Virus record (IMG/VR): IMGVR_UViG_3300049460_000128
Coordinates: 62,001-126,000 of that record
Reading direction: 5' to 3' (one strand)
Length of the DNA: 64,000 nucleotides
The notes beneath the pieces were generated by a model that was given only the letters and a program-made list of their open reading frames with translations, had not been told where the DNA came from and did not search any database. A program made the translations under genes and the position numbers. Positions 38,655 through 47,116 of the stretch are shown here, in pieces (position 1 is the stretch's first letter; each line of letters opens with the position of its first letter).

Positions 38655-39255
38655 CGATATTCTGCTTCCTGATTTGTTGGATCCAGTAGCACACAATGAA
38701 CTAGCATTCGATGCTGACCGGTTGCTATCTGAGTTTCAACAAATGGCGAGTATGATTCAACACAGTGCTTGGTATAGGATCAGTATCAACTATTCATATT
38801 ATGACGACGACAATGCACCAATCGATACCGTATTTTCTCCTAGCTGTGAGAAACTCACAACCGAGTTTGATAATTTGGAATCCCATAAGACCTTACAGTT
38901 GATGCAGTCGTGGAATAGTGATAACATCCTGAAACCCTTTCAGGGTTCATACACTGCGTCAGTTGTTCAAAGGTTGGATTCATATTTCCGACAATATGGC
39001 GAACGTGTCACTATAGCCAAATTCACAATCTTGCATAGTCGTGAATGCTATGTGGTTCATAGCGATTTTATGCAATATCGATATCATGTCCCGGTAAAGA
39101 CAAACGAACACGTTTACTTTATGGCTGACCGAGTGCTGATTCAAATGCAACAGGCTGGCAAGCTGTACCGCATAAGAACGGATAACCAGCACACAGTTAT
39201 GAATGCCGGCAACGAATCCAGAATTCACTTGATCATAGACACATGCAAACTCTAA
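38647..39255 (+). CDS. 2OG-Fe(II) oxygenase (Asp/Asn beta-hydroxylase-like)
   Basis: YVVHSD, RYHVPVKTN, RTDNQHTVMN, RIHLI. Confidence 0.75.
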   Translation: MSNDILLPDLLDPVAHNELAFDADRLLSEFQQMASMIQHSAWYRISINYSYYDDDNAPIDTVFSPSCEKLTTEFDNLESHKTLQLMQSWNSDNILKPFQGSYTASVVQRLDSYFRQYGERVTIAKFTILHSRECYVVHSDFMQYRYHVPVKTNEHVYFMADRVLIQMQQAGKLYRIRTDNQHTVMNAGNESRIHLIIDTCKL

Positions 39256-39875
39256 ACATATTCAAATTAGACACTCAATTGGTATTTGATGCCAATCGTT
39301 TATGTTCTGAATTCCATCACTTCACAGCAACCATACCCAGAAGAGCCAGTCAACCTCAACGATATTGTGTCAACTACAGTGAAATGGATGTTGATGATGA
39401 AATGAGTTTGATTGCATTTACGAGTGGGAAAAGCCCAGCATTGGAAGAGTTGAAACAAACTATATTGGGTGATTACGAGTATCAATACGACGACCCCGCC
39501 AGTATAGCGTTCTTGCAAACGTGGACACCAGAGAATTTGTTAAAGGTGTATCACGGTACCTATACGGCCGACGTAGTCAAGCAAGTGGCTGAATGGGTAA
39601 GGGCCCGAGGTGGCATTTTGGGACCAATCCAATATTTTGAAATTCCTCCTTGCTACTGCTACATCTATCATCACGATAAGCCATCATTTTTCAACCTCCA
39701 CATACCAATTCAAACTCAGGTTGGTAATTTCTTCATTGCTGAAAATGAGCTGGGAACCATGCTTGATGCTGGACACCTATATGCTCTGAACACTACTGGT
39801 TATCACACCGCTCTGAATTCGTCCAAGCAGACACGAATTCATCTCGTCTTTACCGTTCTGAATAATTCCCTGTAA
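39243..39875 (+). CDS. 2OG-Fe(II) oxygenase (Asp/Asn beta-hydroxylase-like), tandem paralog
   Basis: YIYHHD, LHIPIQT, LNTTGYHTALN, RIHLV. Confidence 0.75.
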   Translation: MQTLNIFKLDTQLVFDANRLCSEFHHFTATIPRRASQPQRYCVNYSEMDVDDEMSLIAFTSGKSPALEELKQTILGDYEYQYDDPASIAFLQTWTPENLLKVYHGTYTADVVKQVAEWVRARGGILGPIQYFEIPPCYCYIYHHDKPSFFNLHIPIQTQVGNFFIAENELGTMLDAGHLYALNTTGYHTALNSSKQTRIHLVFTVLNNSL

Positions 39876-39954
39876 GACATACCACCAAATACGCCATTTA
39901 GTTGGTGCTTTGGTGTCGTGCCAGTTCAATCAATCGTGCTATGCTATGGGCGAT

Positions 39955-40395
39955 TCAAATCAATGGGTTTGGATCAATTGGCGGTGTTGCCTTGGCAGCT
40001 CGCCGTTTAGCCGCACGTTCAGTTGCTTCGCTGGATGTTTTGGCTGTGTGGCAAGGATGACACAGTGTCTGGAGATTACCCATCTGCCAGAAAGACAAGT
40101 CACCCTGTGCTTCGATTAACGGCTTGATGTGATCCATATGCCATTTTGGAAGACCTTTGCGGGCACAAATGGTACCACACGATTTGCATTTGCCTTGGTC
40201 GCGTCTCCAGACAGCCTGGCGTGTTTTCGTGGGCCAGAAGAGCAGTTTGTACTCGGCGACGCATTTGACGTGCCAACGCGCTTTGCTGACTTTACCGCGA
40301 GCAGTGTTGCCGATAGCTTCATTGCACCAACGGCATGTGCCCAAGGGTGCAGTTTCAAAGTGAGGGGGAAGGGGAGGGATACGATGTTTACTCAT
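39955..40395 (-). CDS. HNH endonuclease with N-terminal Zn-finger-like CxxC
   Basis: CRWC...HVKC; RRDQGKCKSCG...MDHIKPL...NLQTLCHPCH; start MSKHRIP. Confidence 0.85.
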   Translation of the reverse strand: MSKHRIPPLPPHFETAPLGTCRWCNEAIGNTARGKVSKARWHVKCVAEYKLLFWPTKTRQAVWRRDQGKCKSCGTICARKGLPKWHMDHIKPLIEAQGDLSFWQMGNLQTLCHPCHTAKTSSEATERAAKRRAAKATPPIDPNPLI

Positions 40396-40405
40396 ACGGA
40401 TATTT

Positions 40406-40699
40406 ATGACTGATATACGGCTAGTGCCATTTACAACAACAATTACAATACGGCAGTGTGCAGCGAACGTATGGCATTCTGAAGTGAAGGAACAACATGC
40501 AACCAGATTTTCCGTTTCGTATTTTCGATTCCACCACACGCTCGCTGAAGTGAGAACATATTACGAGAATGAATACAAGATCAAGTTGACTAAGGTTCAG
40601 TATATCTTGGAAGCAGACGGCGACACCAAGACGTTAGAAGATGATGCTGACTGGGTTATGGCAACATTGACATACCGCCCATTAAAGGATCAGGCATGA
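40406..40699 (+). CDS. Small protein, DDxDW family
   Basis: HTLAEVRTYY; ends LEDDADWVMATLTYRP. Confidence 0.75.
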   Translation: MTDIRLVPFTTTITIRQCAANVWHSEVKEQHATRFSVSYFRFHHTLAEVRTYYENEYKIKLTKVQYILEADGDTKTLEDDADWVMATLTYRPLKDQA

Positions 40700-40956
40700 A
40701 TCTTGGTACTATTCAACCTTTACGTGGGCGTAGTGCAAACGGTGAATGGGTGACCTATTGCGAGATCATCGTCTTCATCAATGAGTCACGTTGTGATAGG
40801 ACTGGCACCATTATGATATGGGATGACGTATGGGAAGCCATGAAGTCATTTGATACCAAATATGGCGACATCAAATGGACATGGCAAGATTCACATGGCG
40901 AGATTGAACTCGATACTGACGCAAACTTGATTTTGTGGAAACTGTCAAAGTTCTGA
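40696..40956 (+). CDS. Small protein, DD-helix family
   Basis: Ends LDTDANLILWKLSKF. Confidence 0.65.
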   Translation: MNLGTIQPLRGRSANGEWVTYCEIIVFINESRCDRTGTIMIWDDVWEAMKSFDTKYGDIKWTWQDSHGEIELDTDANLILWKLSKF

Positions 40957-40970
40957 TCGAATTTCAAAAT

Positions 40971-40993
40971 ACCTACCTGGAGTTTACGACATC
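40971..40993 (+). repeat. Intergenic 23-bp element, copy 2
   Basis: Identical to 17647-17669; here it also forms a ctacctg/caggtag hairpin. Confidence 0.9.
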
Positions 40994-41066
40994 AGGTAGT
41001 CATTTCTTGACAGGATTCCTCAAAAATCCTCATATCTATGATCTCAACAATCTCTTGATTGTATCA

Positions 41067-41948
41067 TCATTGGTGTCCTTTACTCTTCATAAAAGCATCG
41101 AGGTCATCCATTGGAGTATTGTCAGTATTGGGTTTAACCATGTTGTTCATTGATGTTTTGCTTGCATTGGACTTCATAGCTTTCTTACCTTCGTTCTCAT
41201 CACGGAATAGTTTCTCATCGAACTTATAGAATGCACGATTCAGCATTAGGTCATCTGTATTTGCTATTGGGTCCAGGATAACCAGTTGATCGTCTCGCAT
41301 GATGAAGTTTTCGTCGTGTAGGTCTAGGGTGAAGCCCAATTGTTTGATGTCATGTAGGGTGGTCAGGAACAACTTTAGTTCATCGCCCAGGATATCTGGT
41401 TTATAGTTCATGTGATGATAACCGGACAGGTATTTGGTGAATTGGGTCAGGATAGGTATTTCGGAGTCTTGTAGGCGATCGAAGTAGAAGAGTGCGGTAG
41501 CCAGTTTGATGGTTGTTATATCAACTTCGCCGTCGTCTATTTCTGCGAATTGTTCTTCATATGGTTGGTATTTGAGGTCGAAGCGATAGTTGAGGATTGA
41601 TCTATTGCTTGCCAGTTTTTCCATTTTGACGAAGTTCACATAGTCTGGTGCGTCAGCGTGTCGGATGAAGAAAGCTGGCATCTTTTTTATCTGGCTAGTG
41701 AACTTTGGCAATAGTGGGTTGCTTTCATGTGTCTTGCAGTATTGTACGAATGCTGTGTATGCTGAGTCCAGAAGCCAGAATTTATAAACGGAGTCACCGA
41801 TCATTACAGCGGCGCCGTTAGCGCCTTGTCCCAGGAGTTTGATAGGGCCGTTGCCGTAAGTTGCTCGGAATTGGTCCAGGACTTCGGTGGCGGTCATATC
41901 GTGGAAACGTTTAACGCCTGTGAGTTCCATGAGTTCTTTGTATCGCAT
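41067..41948 (-). CDS. Protein kinase-like protein (Ser/Thr kinase/APH fold)
   Basis: LLGQGANGAA Gly loop, VYKF Lys, DLHDENF catalytic loop, VILDP metal motif. Confidence 0.8.
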   Translation of the reverse strand: MRYKELMELTGVKRFHDMTATEVLDQFRATYGNGPIKLLGQGANGAAVMIGDSVYKFWLLDSAYTAFVQYCKTHESNPLLPKFTSQIKKMPAFFIRHADAPDYVNFVKMEKLASNRSILNYRFDLKYQPYEEQFAEIDDGEVDITTIKLATALFYFDRLQDSEIPILTQFTKYLSGYHHMNYKPDILGDELKLFLTTLHDIKQLGFTLDLHDENFIMRDDQLVILDPIANTDDLMLNRAFYKFDEKLFRDENEGKKAMKSNASKTSMNNMVKPNTDNTPMDDLDAFMKSKGHQ

Positions 41949-41978
41949 TTGGTAATTCCCTAGAAATCAATATTTATT

Positions 41979-42215
41979 ATGAAGCAATATCGTATTAGTC
42001 AGACCAAGTGGACGGAGCGGATGTTTTGGACGTATATGATTGATGAGCGTCGTGCTCGTGGTCCGTATTTTGAGATGACGATTGTTCGTTGTTTGCGGGA
42101 GATCATGATTGATGTTGGTGATATGCCGTTTGTCATTAACATTGACCTTCCAGGGATCAAGGAGTTATTGGAGGATGAATCGCAGGTTGTTATGGCGATG
42201 TTGCGTCATACATAG
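41979..42215 (+). CDS. Small protein, DDxDW family
   Basis: RCLREIM; ends LEDESQVVMAMLRHT. Confidence 0.7.
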   Translation: MKQYRISQTKWTERMFWTYMIDERRARGPYFEMTIVRCLREIMIDVGDMPFVINIDLPGIKELLEDESQVVMAMLRHT

Positions 42216-42264
42216 TGGCAAATGGGGTTTTGATTAATTGGATGGATATTGTTAGCATTGCCAC

Positions 42265-42549
42265 ATGAACAGATATGCTTTTATAAAGACAATGGATAAG
42301 AATGGCTGTTTCGCCTATTGGGACGGGTACATTCTTCGTGATGGTGAATCACTGATGACGGCTGTATACCATCGTAGATCCAAATGGTGGGTGCAATGCC
42401 TCATGGATGCGTATGATATCATGATCGAGGATGGTTACATAGCTGACCATATTGAGTATGAAGTCAATTTGTGTGAACCAAATGGTGTAGTGATTACGAC
42501 GATTACCAATGAGGGTGATTGGGCGTTAGCGAGATTAACATATGAATAA
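42265..42549 (+). CDS. Small protein, DDxDW family
   Basis: Ends ITNEGDWALARLTYE. Confidence 0.75.
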   Translation: MNRYAFIKTMDKNGCFAYWDGYILRDGESLMTAVYHRRSKWWVQCLMDAYDIMIEDGYIADHIEYEVNLCEPNGVVITTITNEGDWALARLTYE

Positions 42550-42778
42550 AGTTTTGTTTCCGAGTTTTCAACACACGAGTGGAGTTGGCGTGTATGCCCA
42601 TGGTATCAATTGGCCGCGAGAAGATGGCGAGTTGTTGCGGTATTTTTTCAAAGATCGTGAATCGGTGTTGCGATATTTTGCCAGCCGTCTGTCGTTATTT
42701 CCAGGCGTGGAATTTTACTTCGTTGATCCGGAAGGCAATGAAAGTCTTATTACGCCCGACAAATGGATCAATGAATAA
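42542..42778 (+). CDS. Small protein, array member with truncated C-terminal motif
   Basis: KDRESVLRYF; ends ITPDKWINE. Confidence 0.6.
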   Translation: MNKVLFPSFQHTSGVGVYAHGINWPREDGELLRYFFKDRESVLRYFASRLSLFPGVEFYFVDPEGNESLITPDKWINE

Positions 42779-43067
42779 ACTGATTCTTGTTGTTCATCCG
42801 TTACCAGGCATTCATCGTGCCTGGACCAACCAGTCTAGTATTTGGTGTGTATATGGCCCAAACAATAGTAAGTGGCCTGTGATCAATGGTCATGCTGAGA
42901 TTGCGTATGTGTACAGTTTGCGGGAAGTCTATGACCGCTTTATGACACCAGAGGGTCAGGCAAAATATGGTGGTCCGTTTGAGACTGTTGTTCGTATTGA
43001 GGGTCAACCGGAAGATGTGCTGATCAGTGATGCTGATTGGGCAGTTGCCATGTTGAAATACAGCTAG
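42771..43067 (+). CDS. Small protein, DDxDW family
   Basis: Start MNKLILV; YSLREVYDRF; ends ISDADWAVAMLKYS. Confidence 0.75.
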   Translation: MNKLILVVHPLPGIHRAWTNQSSIWCVYGPNNSKWPVINGHAEIAYVYSLREVYDRFMTPEGQAKYGGPFETVVRIEGQPEDVLISDADWAVAMLKYS

Positions 43068-43102
43068 TTGTTATCTGGCAACCATACCAGTACCATGCTG
43101 GT

Positions 43103-43417
43103 ATGCACACTTTTATCATTGCCAAAATGCCCGCAGACTCGTTGGGTTGGACTTCGTATACCCTTTGGAGTACTGAGTCAATTGACACGCTCAAATGCTG
43201 TTATGATGATGGTGTGGGCATTGTGGATCATTTTTCCGAGTATCACAAATGGGCGAAAGCCATCTACGACAATCCAGGTGCGGGTCGTGTGATTCTTACC
43301 GTTGATAGTCAGACCATTGATCATCAGACTGGTAATCCGGGTGATGATATATGTCATGTTGAAATTACAAGTGATGCCGATTGGGCTGTTGCTGTTTTGA
43401 GTTATCCAATTGCATGA
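43103..43417 (+). CDS. Small protein, DDxDW family (start uncertain)
   Basis: Ends ITSDADWAVAVLSYPIA. Confidence 0.7.
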   Translation: MHTFIIAKMPADSLGWTSYTLWSTESIDTLKCCYDDGVGIVDHFSEYHKWAKAIYDNPGAGRVILTVDSQTIDHQTGNPGDDICHVEITSDADWAVAVLSYPIA

Positions 43418-43716
43418 AAAAACCCACCATTCCTCGTTTACCATTTCGTTTTATCCATATTGAGTTGACTAGGCCAACCCTGCGCCTCATTTATTTCTAC
43501 CCCAAGTGGGAAGTATCTGGATATAGGGGTGAGTTGACGCAGTTTCGCAATGTCGTTAATCGTGGTGCCACATTACGGGAAGTTAAGACATTGCTCGATG
43601 CTGATCCATATGTTGTTTCGACCACTCAGATAACTATATTGGATGGCGGACGTCGAATACCGGTTCTTACTGATGAGGATTGGGTTATGTTGATCTTGGG
43701 AGAGTCGCCGTCTTGA
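43414..43716 (+). CDS. Small protein, DDxDW family
   Basis: RGATLREVKTLL; ends LTDEDWVMLILGESPS. Confidence 0.75.
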   Translation: MKKPTIPRLPFRFIHIELTRPTLRLIYFYPKWEVSGYRGELTQFRNVVNRGATLREVKTLLDADPYVVSTTQITILDGGRRIPVLTDEDWVMLILGESPS

Positions 43717-43725
43717 TGGTGACTT

Positions 43726-43974
43726 ATGAGACGAATAAAGGTTAGAAAGTTTGACATATATCAGGAATTTAGCTCAATAGCGTGTTACGACCGGCATTTT
43801 GCCTTTCATAGCTACTGGGTGTCATTGCGGGACTGTTATGACGCACTGGTGACGAATGGTGACGTCTCTGGACGTTATAGGATAGAGATTAAGCTCGAAG
43901 GCGAAACAATGGTACTTGAGGATGATGGCGATTGGGCAGTTGCATTGATAAAGTGGAGTCATGTTAAGTTTTGA
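43726..43974 (+). CDS. Small protein, DDxDW family
   Basis: VSLRDCYDAL; ends LEDDGDWAVALIKW. Confidence 0.75.
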   Translation: MRRIKVRKFDIYQEFSSIACYDRHFAFHSYWVSLRDCYDALVTNGDVSGRYRIEIKLEGETMVLEDDGDWAVALIKWSHVKF

Positions 43975-44194
43975 TTATTATTTGATGCTTAGAAGCGATC
44001 GTACCGTTGATGTGTACGATCGCCACCATACTGCCCATGGTACGTATTCATCGATTGCTAAATGTCAGGAGTTCTTGATGCCTTGGGTTCTATCACGTAA
44101 GGAAACGGTTGGTACAATATCAGATGGCAAATGGATTCCACTAATGGATGACGGTGACTGGGTGATGTTTTTATTGAGTCGTTCAAATGGCTGA
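43961..44194 (+). CDS. Small protein, DDxDW family
   Basis: YSSIAKCQEFL; ends LMDDGDWVMFLLSRSNG. Confidence 0.75.
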   Translation: MLSFDYYLMLRSDRTVDVYDRHHTAHGTYSSIAKCQEFLMPWVLSRKETVGTISDGKWIPLMDDGDWVMFLLSRSNG

Positions 44195-44468
44195 CACTAC
44201 ATCCAATTCTCAAGGTTGGTCTCGTGAAAACGAAATTAGGATAGGTCCTTTCATTATTGATGGGGTTTGTTGTGCATGGGTTATCTGGGGTCATGACCGA
44301 ACCTATACCAAATGGATACAAAGTTTGAGTTCGTTGGTTGAGTGCAGGGAGTATTTGATGACACGTAATCTTTTGGGTGATGTAACATTGAGTATTATGG
44401 ATTATCCATCGTTCCAATTGGTGGATGAGACGGATTGGGCATTGGCTATGTTGACGCACGGACGGTAA
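44187..44468 (+). CDS. Small protein, DDxDW family
   Basis: LSSLVECREYL; ends LVDETDWALAMLTHGR. Confidence 0.75.
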   Translation: MADTTSNSQGWSRENEIRIGPFIIDGVCCAWVIWGHDRTYTKWIQSLSSLVECREYLMTRNLLGDVTLSIMDYPSFQLVDETDWALAMLTHGR

Positions 44469-44469
44469 A

Positions 44470-44736
44470 ATGGTTGATATCCCACATGTAACGCACATAA
44501 CGGTGGTTGAAGGGCGGTTGGCCAACTACCACAATATTGAGTGGATCGTTGTGATTCTTGATCCTTACTTGCTCACCGGCTTTACCTCGATTCGGGAGAT
44601 GTATGAGCACCTGCGCGATAAGAATTATTTTGCGGGCGAATTTATGATGACGATCAAGCATGGCTCGTTTGGTACTATCAACATCACCCATGAAAATTTG
44701 GAAGAGCAGATGGCGATTGCGTTTTTGACCTTATGA
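44470..44736 (+). CDS. Small protein, DD-helix family
   Basis: GFTSIREMYEHL; ends THENLEEQMAIAFLTL. Confidence 0.7.
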   Translation: MVDIPHVTHITVVEGRLANYHNIEWIVVILDPYLLTGFTSIREMYEHLRDKNYFAGEFMMTIKHGSFGTINITHENLEEQMAIAFLTL

Positions 44737-44972
44737 ATCAAGTCTACATCAACGACCTCCATCATCATGATTTCGTATTTTTCACGGTGCGTCATGGGCC
44801 GCATTTTGGAAGCATGACGACCAAAATATTCAACACGTTCCATGACGCATGTCGCTTTGCCCTAAACTCCCACGACATTGAGCGCCCATATGAGGCATCG
44901 GTGGTTATAGGCAACACCTTATACAAGCCCGAGAATGAAGAAGATTGGGCTATTTTGTTATTGACCGCATGA
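44733..44972 (+). CDS. Small protein, DDxDW family
   Basis: FNTFHDACRFA; ends PENEEDWAILLLTA. Confidence 0.75.
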   Translation: MNQVYINDLHHHDFVFFTVRHGPHFGSMTTKIFNTFHDACRFALNSHDIERPYEASVVIGNTLYKPENEEDWAILLLTA

Positions 44973-45520
44973 AACCAAGACTCGAAATTAGGCTAAGTTG
45001 GTCGCAAGATGTGTTTCAAGTCTACATCGAAGATCGAATACAAGGTCAAGTGGTCCATGAATCTCGTAGATTCATGCGTCAACAATTGGGCTCATTGGAA
45101 ATGGTGCCAGTTGTACTGCAACACTTGGGCTTGCGAATAGAAGATCATGCCTGTTATGTGATACACGAAGGGGCATATCGTCGTGTAATAACCAATGATG
45201 GTCCCGCACCACCTAGAGGTGGTGGCCTCCAGGGTGCTGATTGTTTTGAAACCTTTGATGATTTGCGGGCATTGCATCACAAATATAATCCCACCATACA
45301 TTACGTCAACTCCATGACCCTAGTAATTGAACGCAAGAACGGCTACTTCCAGATTCGTCAATTGGGTGGTCCCACCTGGCATTGGCCTGAAACCATGCAG
45401 GAAGCCAAACGTCTAATGCTTCAAAGTCATCCTCGCTATCAACATGGCTATGTTGTTGATGGGGATTTTCACGAACTCGAGACTGATGAGGATTGGGTCA
45501 TGGCTGCATTGACGTTATGA
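44969..45520 (+). CDS. Double-length DDxDW family member (possible fusion of two units)
   Basis: FETFDDLRAL and PETMQEAKRL; ends LETDEDWVMAALTL. Confidence 0.7.
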   Translation: MKPRLEIRLSWSQDVFQVYIEDRIQGQVVHESRRFMRQQLGSLEMVPVVLQHLGLRIEDHACYVIHEGAYRRVITNDGPAPPRGGGLQGADCFETFDDLRALHHKYNPTIHYVNSMTLVIERKNGYFQIRQLGGPTWHWPETMQEAKRLMLQSHPRYQHGYVVDGDFHELETDEDWVMAALTL

Positions 45521-45774
45521 TTGAACTGAACATTTATCCACGCATGTCATGGAATTATGACCAAGGCAAGCAGACTCTGAACTATGTCGCACAAGTGTTC
45601 AATGGTCGAGAGATTCGTATGGCTCTGAGCTATGATACTGTTTACGAATGCTATACCGCCTTGCGTGAGTGTGGGTTCCTTGAACGAGATTATACCGCTT
45701 GTGTTATGATCGATGGGGTGGTGCATCATCCGACTGACGATACCACGTGGATGATGGTATTGTTGAGTAGCTAA
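45517..45774 (+). CDS. Small protein, DDxDW family
   Basis: YDTVYECYTAL; ends PTDDTTWMMVLLSS. Confidence 0.75.
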   Translation: MIELNIYPRMSWNYDQGKQTLNYVAQVFNGREIRMALSYDTVYECYTALRECGFLERDYTACVMIDGVVHHPTDDTTWMMVLLSS

Positions 45775-45843
45775 AACATATTGATACCGTGATGTGGTAT
45801 GCCTATCCTGTATTTTTAACTACAAACCACATCATACACCATC

Positions 45844-46563
45844 ATGTCAGCTCAACCAGAACTCGTGCCAAATCTGCACAATATCATCACTCTGCCAGAT
45901 ACCAAAGCTCCAAACAAAAAGCATCCCAGTAACAAAGACAACTTCACCTACGGGATTGTTACCAATCTAATCAGTGACGAAATCAAAGATCATTCCATCT
46001 TCACTATGGACAACTCTGCTCGTTTCAGTATGACGGTCACTCGTCCGGTATGTCTGGGTACGCAGGACAATATTCCAGGCAGCAACAAGAAAAAGAACAA
46101 AGCCTACAATGTGGCTGGCGTATACATTATCTGGCAAGTGAAGCGTGCTGAAATTCTCCACTTTCTCCTGAAATTCGACAATGGTGATTTGGACTACATG
46201 TTCAAGAACTACGCTTGCTATTTTGGTGAATCTGATACTGCAAAACCAAGCGATGGCATTGGTGGTCGGGTCAACAGTCTGCGTCGTGATGTTGTAAAGC
46301 AATTGGCTGCAAATGTGGCTCCTGCTAGGTCAACCAGCAAAGAAGCCAGTGCGTATAAGCTTGCCCAACAGATGCTGGCCAACTATGCGTTGTATGTTGA
46401 ACCAAATGCTGGTTTCACTACTGCGGTTGATTGTCTGTTTGCCAGTTACGTTGATATTGCTACCATCCAGGGGTATAATGGCCAAGCTGTTGAGAGTGAC
46501 TGGGTTGAGCGTACTCTCATCATGACTTACAAACACAATGGTTTACTGGTGAATCAAAAATAA
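45844..46563 (+). CDS. Divergent GIY-YIG-like nuclease
   Basis: AGVYIIW ... CYFGES ... GGRV pattern. Confidence 0.45.
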   Translation: MSAQPELVPNLHNIITLPDTKAPNKKHPSNKDNFTYGIVTNLISDEIKDHSIFTMDNSARFSMTVTRPVCLGTQDNIPGSNKKKNKAYNVAGVYIIWQVKRAEILHFLLKFDNGDLDYMFKNYACYFGESDTAKPSDGIGGRVNSLRRDVVKQLAANVAPARSTSKEASAYKLAQQMLANYALYVEPNAGFTTAVDCLFASYVDIATIQGYNGQAVESDWVERTLIMTYKHNGLLVNQK

Positions 46564-46571
46564 GGAAGTAT

Positions 46572-46859
46572 ATGGGTAAGGTGGTACATTTGATCTTGAA
46601 TAAGAAATCAAACCATTCGGATCAGATCTTGATTCTGGAGCATGGGTATCCAGAGTTGGTATGGGATCATTCGTTAGACCTTACCCCCATTGAAGCCTTG
46701 ACAGAGGTTAAGCGGATATACTTGCATCACATTGAACGTGGTAATCAAGTATTGGTCAGCACCTGTCATGAATACCGTCGTAAGCAAGATGGCAATGAGT
46801 TGCGCCCCCTCGACGTTATGGATGACGATGCTATGATTGTTGAGGCATTGAGTCGATGA
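46572..46859 (+). CDS. Small protein, DD-helix family
   Basis: LTPIEALTEV; ends VMDDDAMIVEALSR. Confidence 0.65.
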   Translation: MGKVVHLILNKKSNHSDQILILEHGYPELVWDHSLDLTPIEALTEVKRIYLHHIERGNQVLVSTCHEYRRKQDGNELRPLDVMDDDAMIVEALSR

Positions 46860-47116
46860 ATATCACTTTTGAACCAATCAGTGCAGACTTCAGAGATACA
46901 GGTCACTCGACATCCGTTACCTATATGTCATCAAATACCGAGAGCCGCGTCGTCATCGGGTGCTTGAATCTTAAGCTTGGCGTTAATTTATGGCTCCATG
47001 ATATGGAACGTAAATTTGATTACTTGGCCGATTCTCTGACCGTTGAATGGCACGATGGTGAAGTTTTTGCCATTAGATCTGAATTAGATTTGGTTTTGGC
47101 CTTGCTTCGCTTTTAA
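46856..47116 (+). CDS. Small protein, DD-helix family
   Basis: Ends IRSELDLVLALLRF. Confidence 0.65.
   Translation: MNITFEPISADFRDTGHSTSVTYMSSNTESRVVIGCLNLKLGVNLWLHDMERKFDYLADSLTVEWHDGEVFAIRSELDLVLALLRF

Noticed and set aside
40366-40382. G-rich run ggggggaaggggaggga (G-quadruplex candidate)
   Set aside because: It is the antisense of the IPPLPPH codons at the HNH N-terminus
41979-45774. Possible diversity-generating retroelement, CRISPR array or integron
   Set aside because: No reverse transcriptase, TR/VR pair, fixed-length nucleotide repeats, integrase or attC-like palindromes in the window; conservation is mainly at protein level
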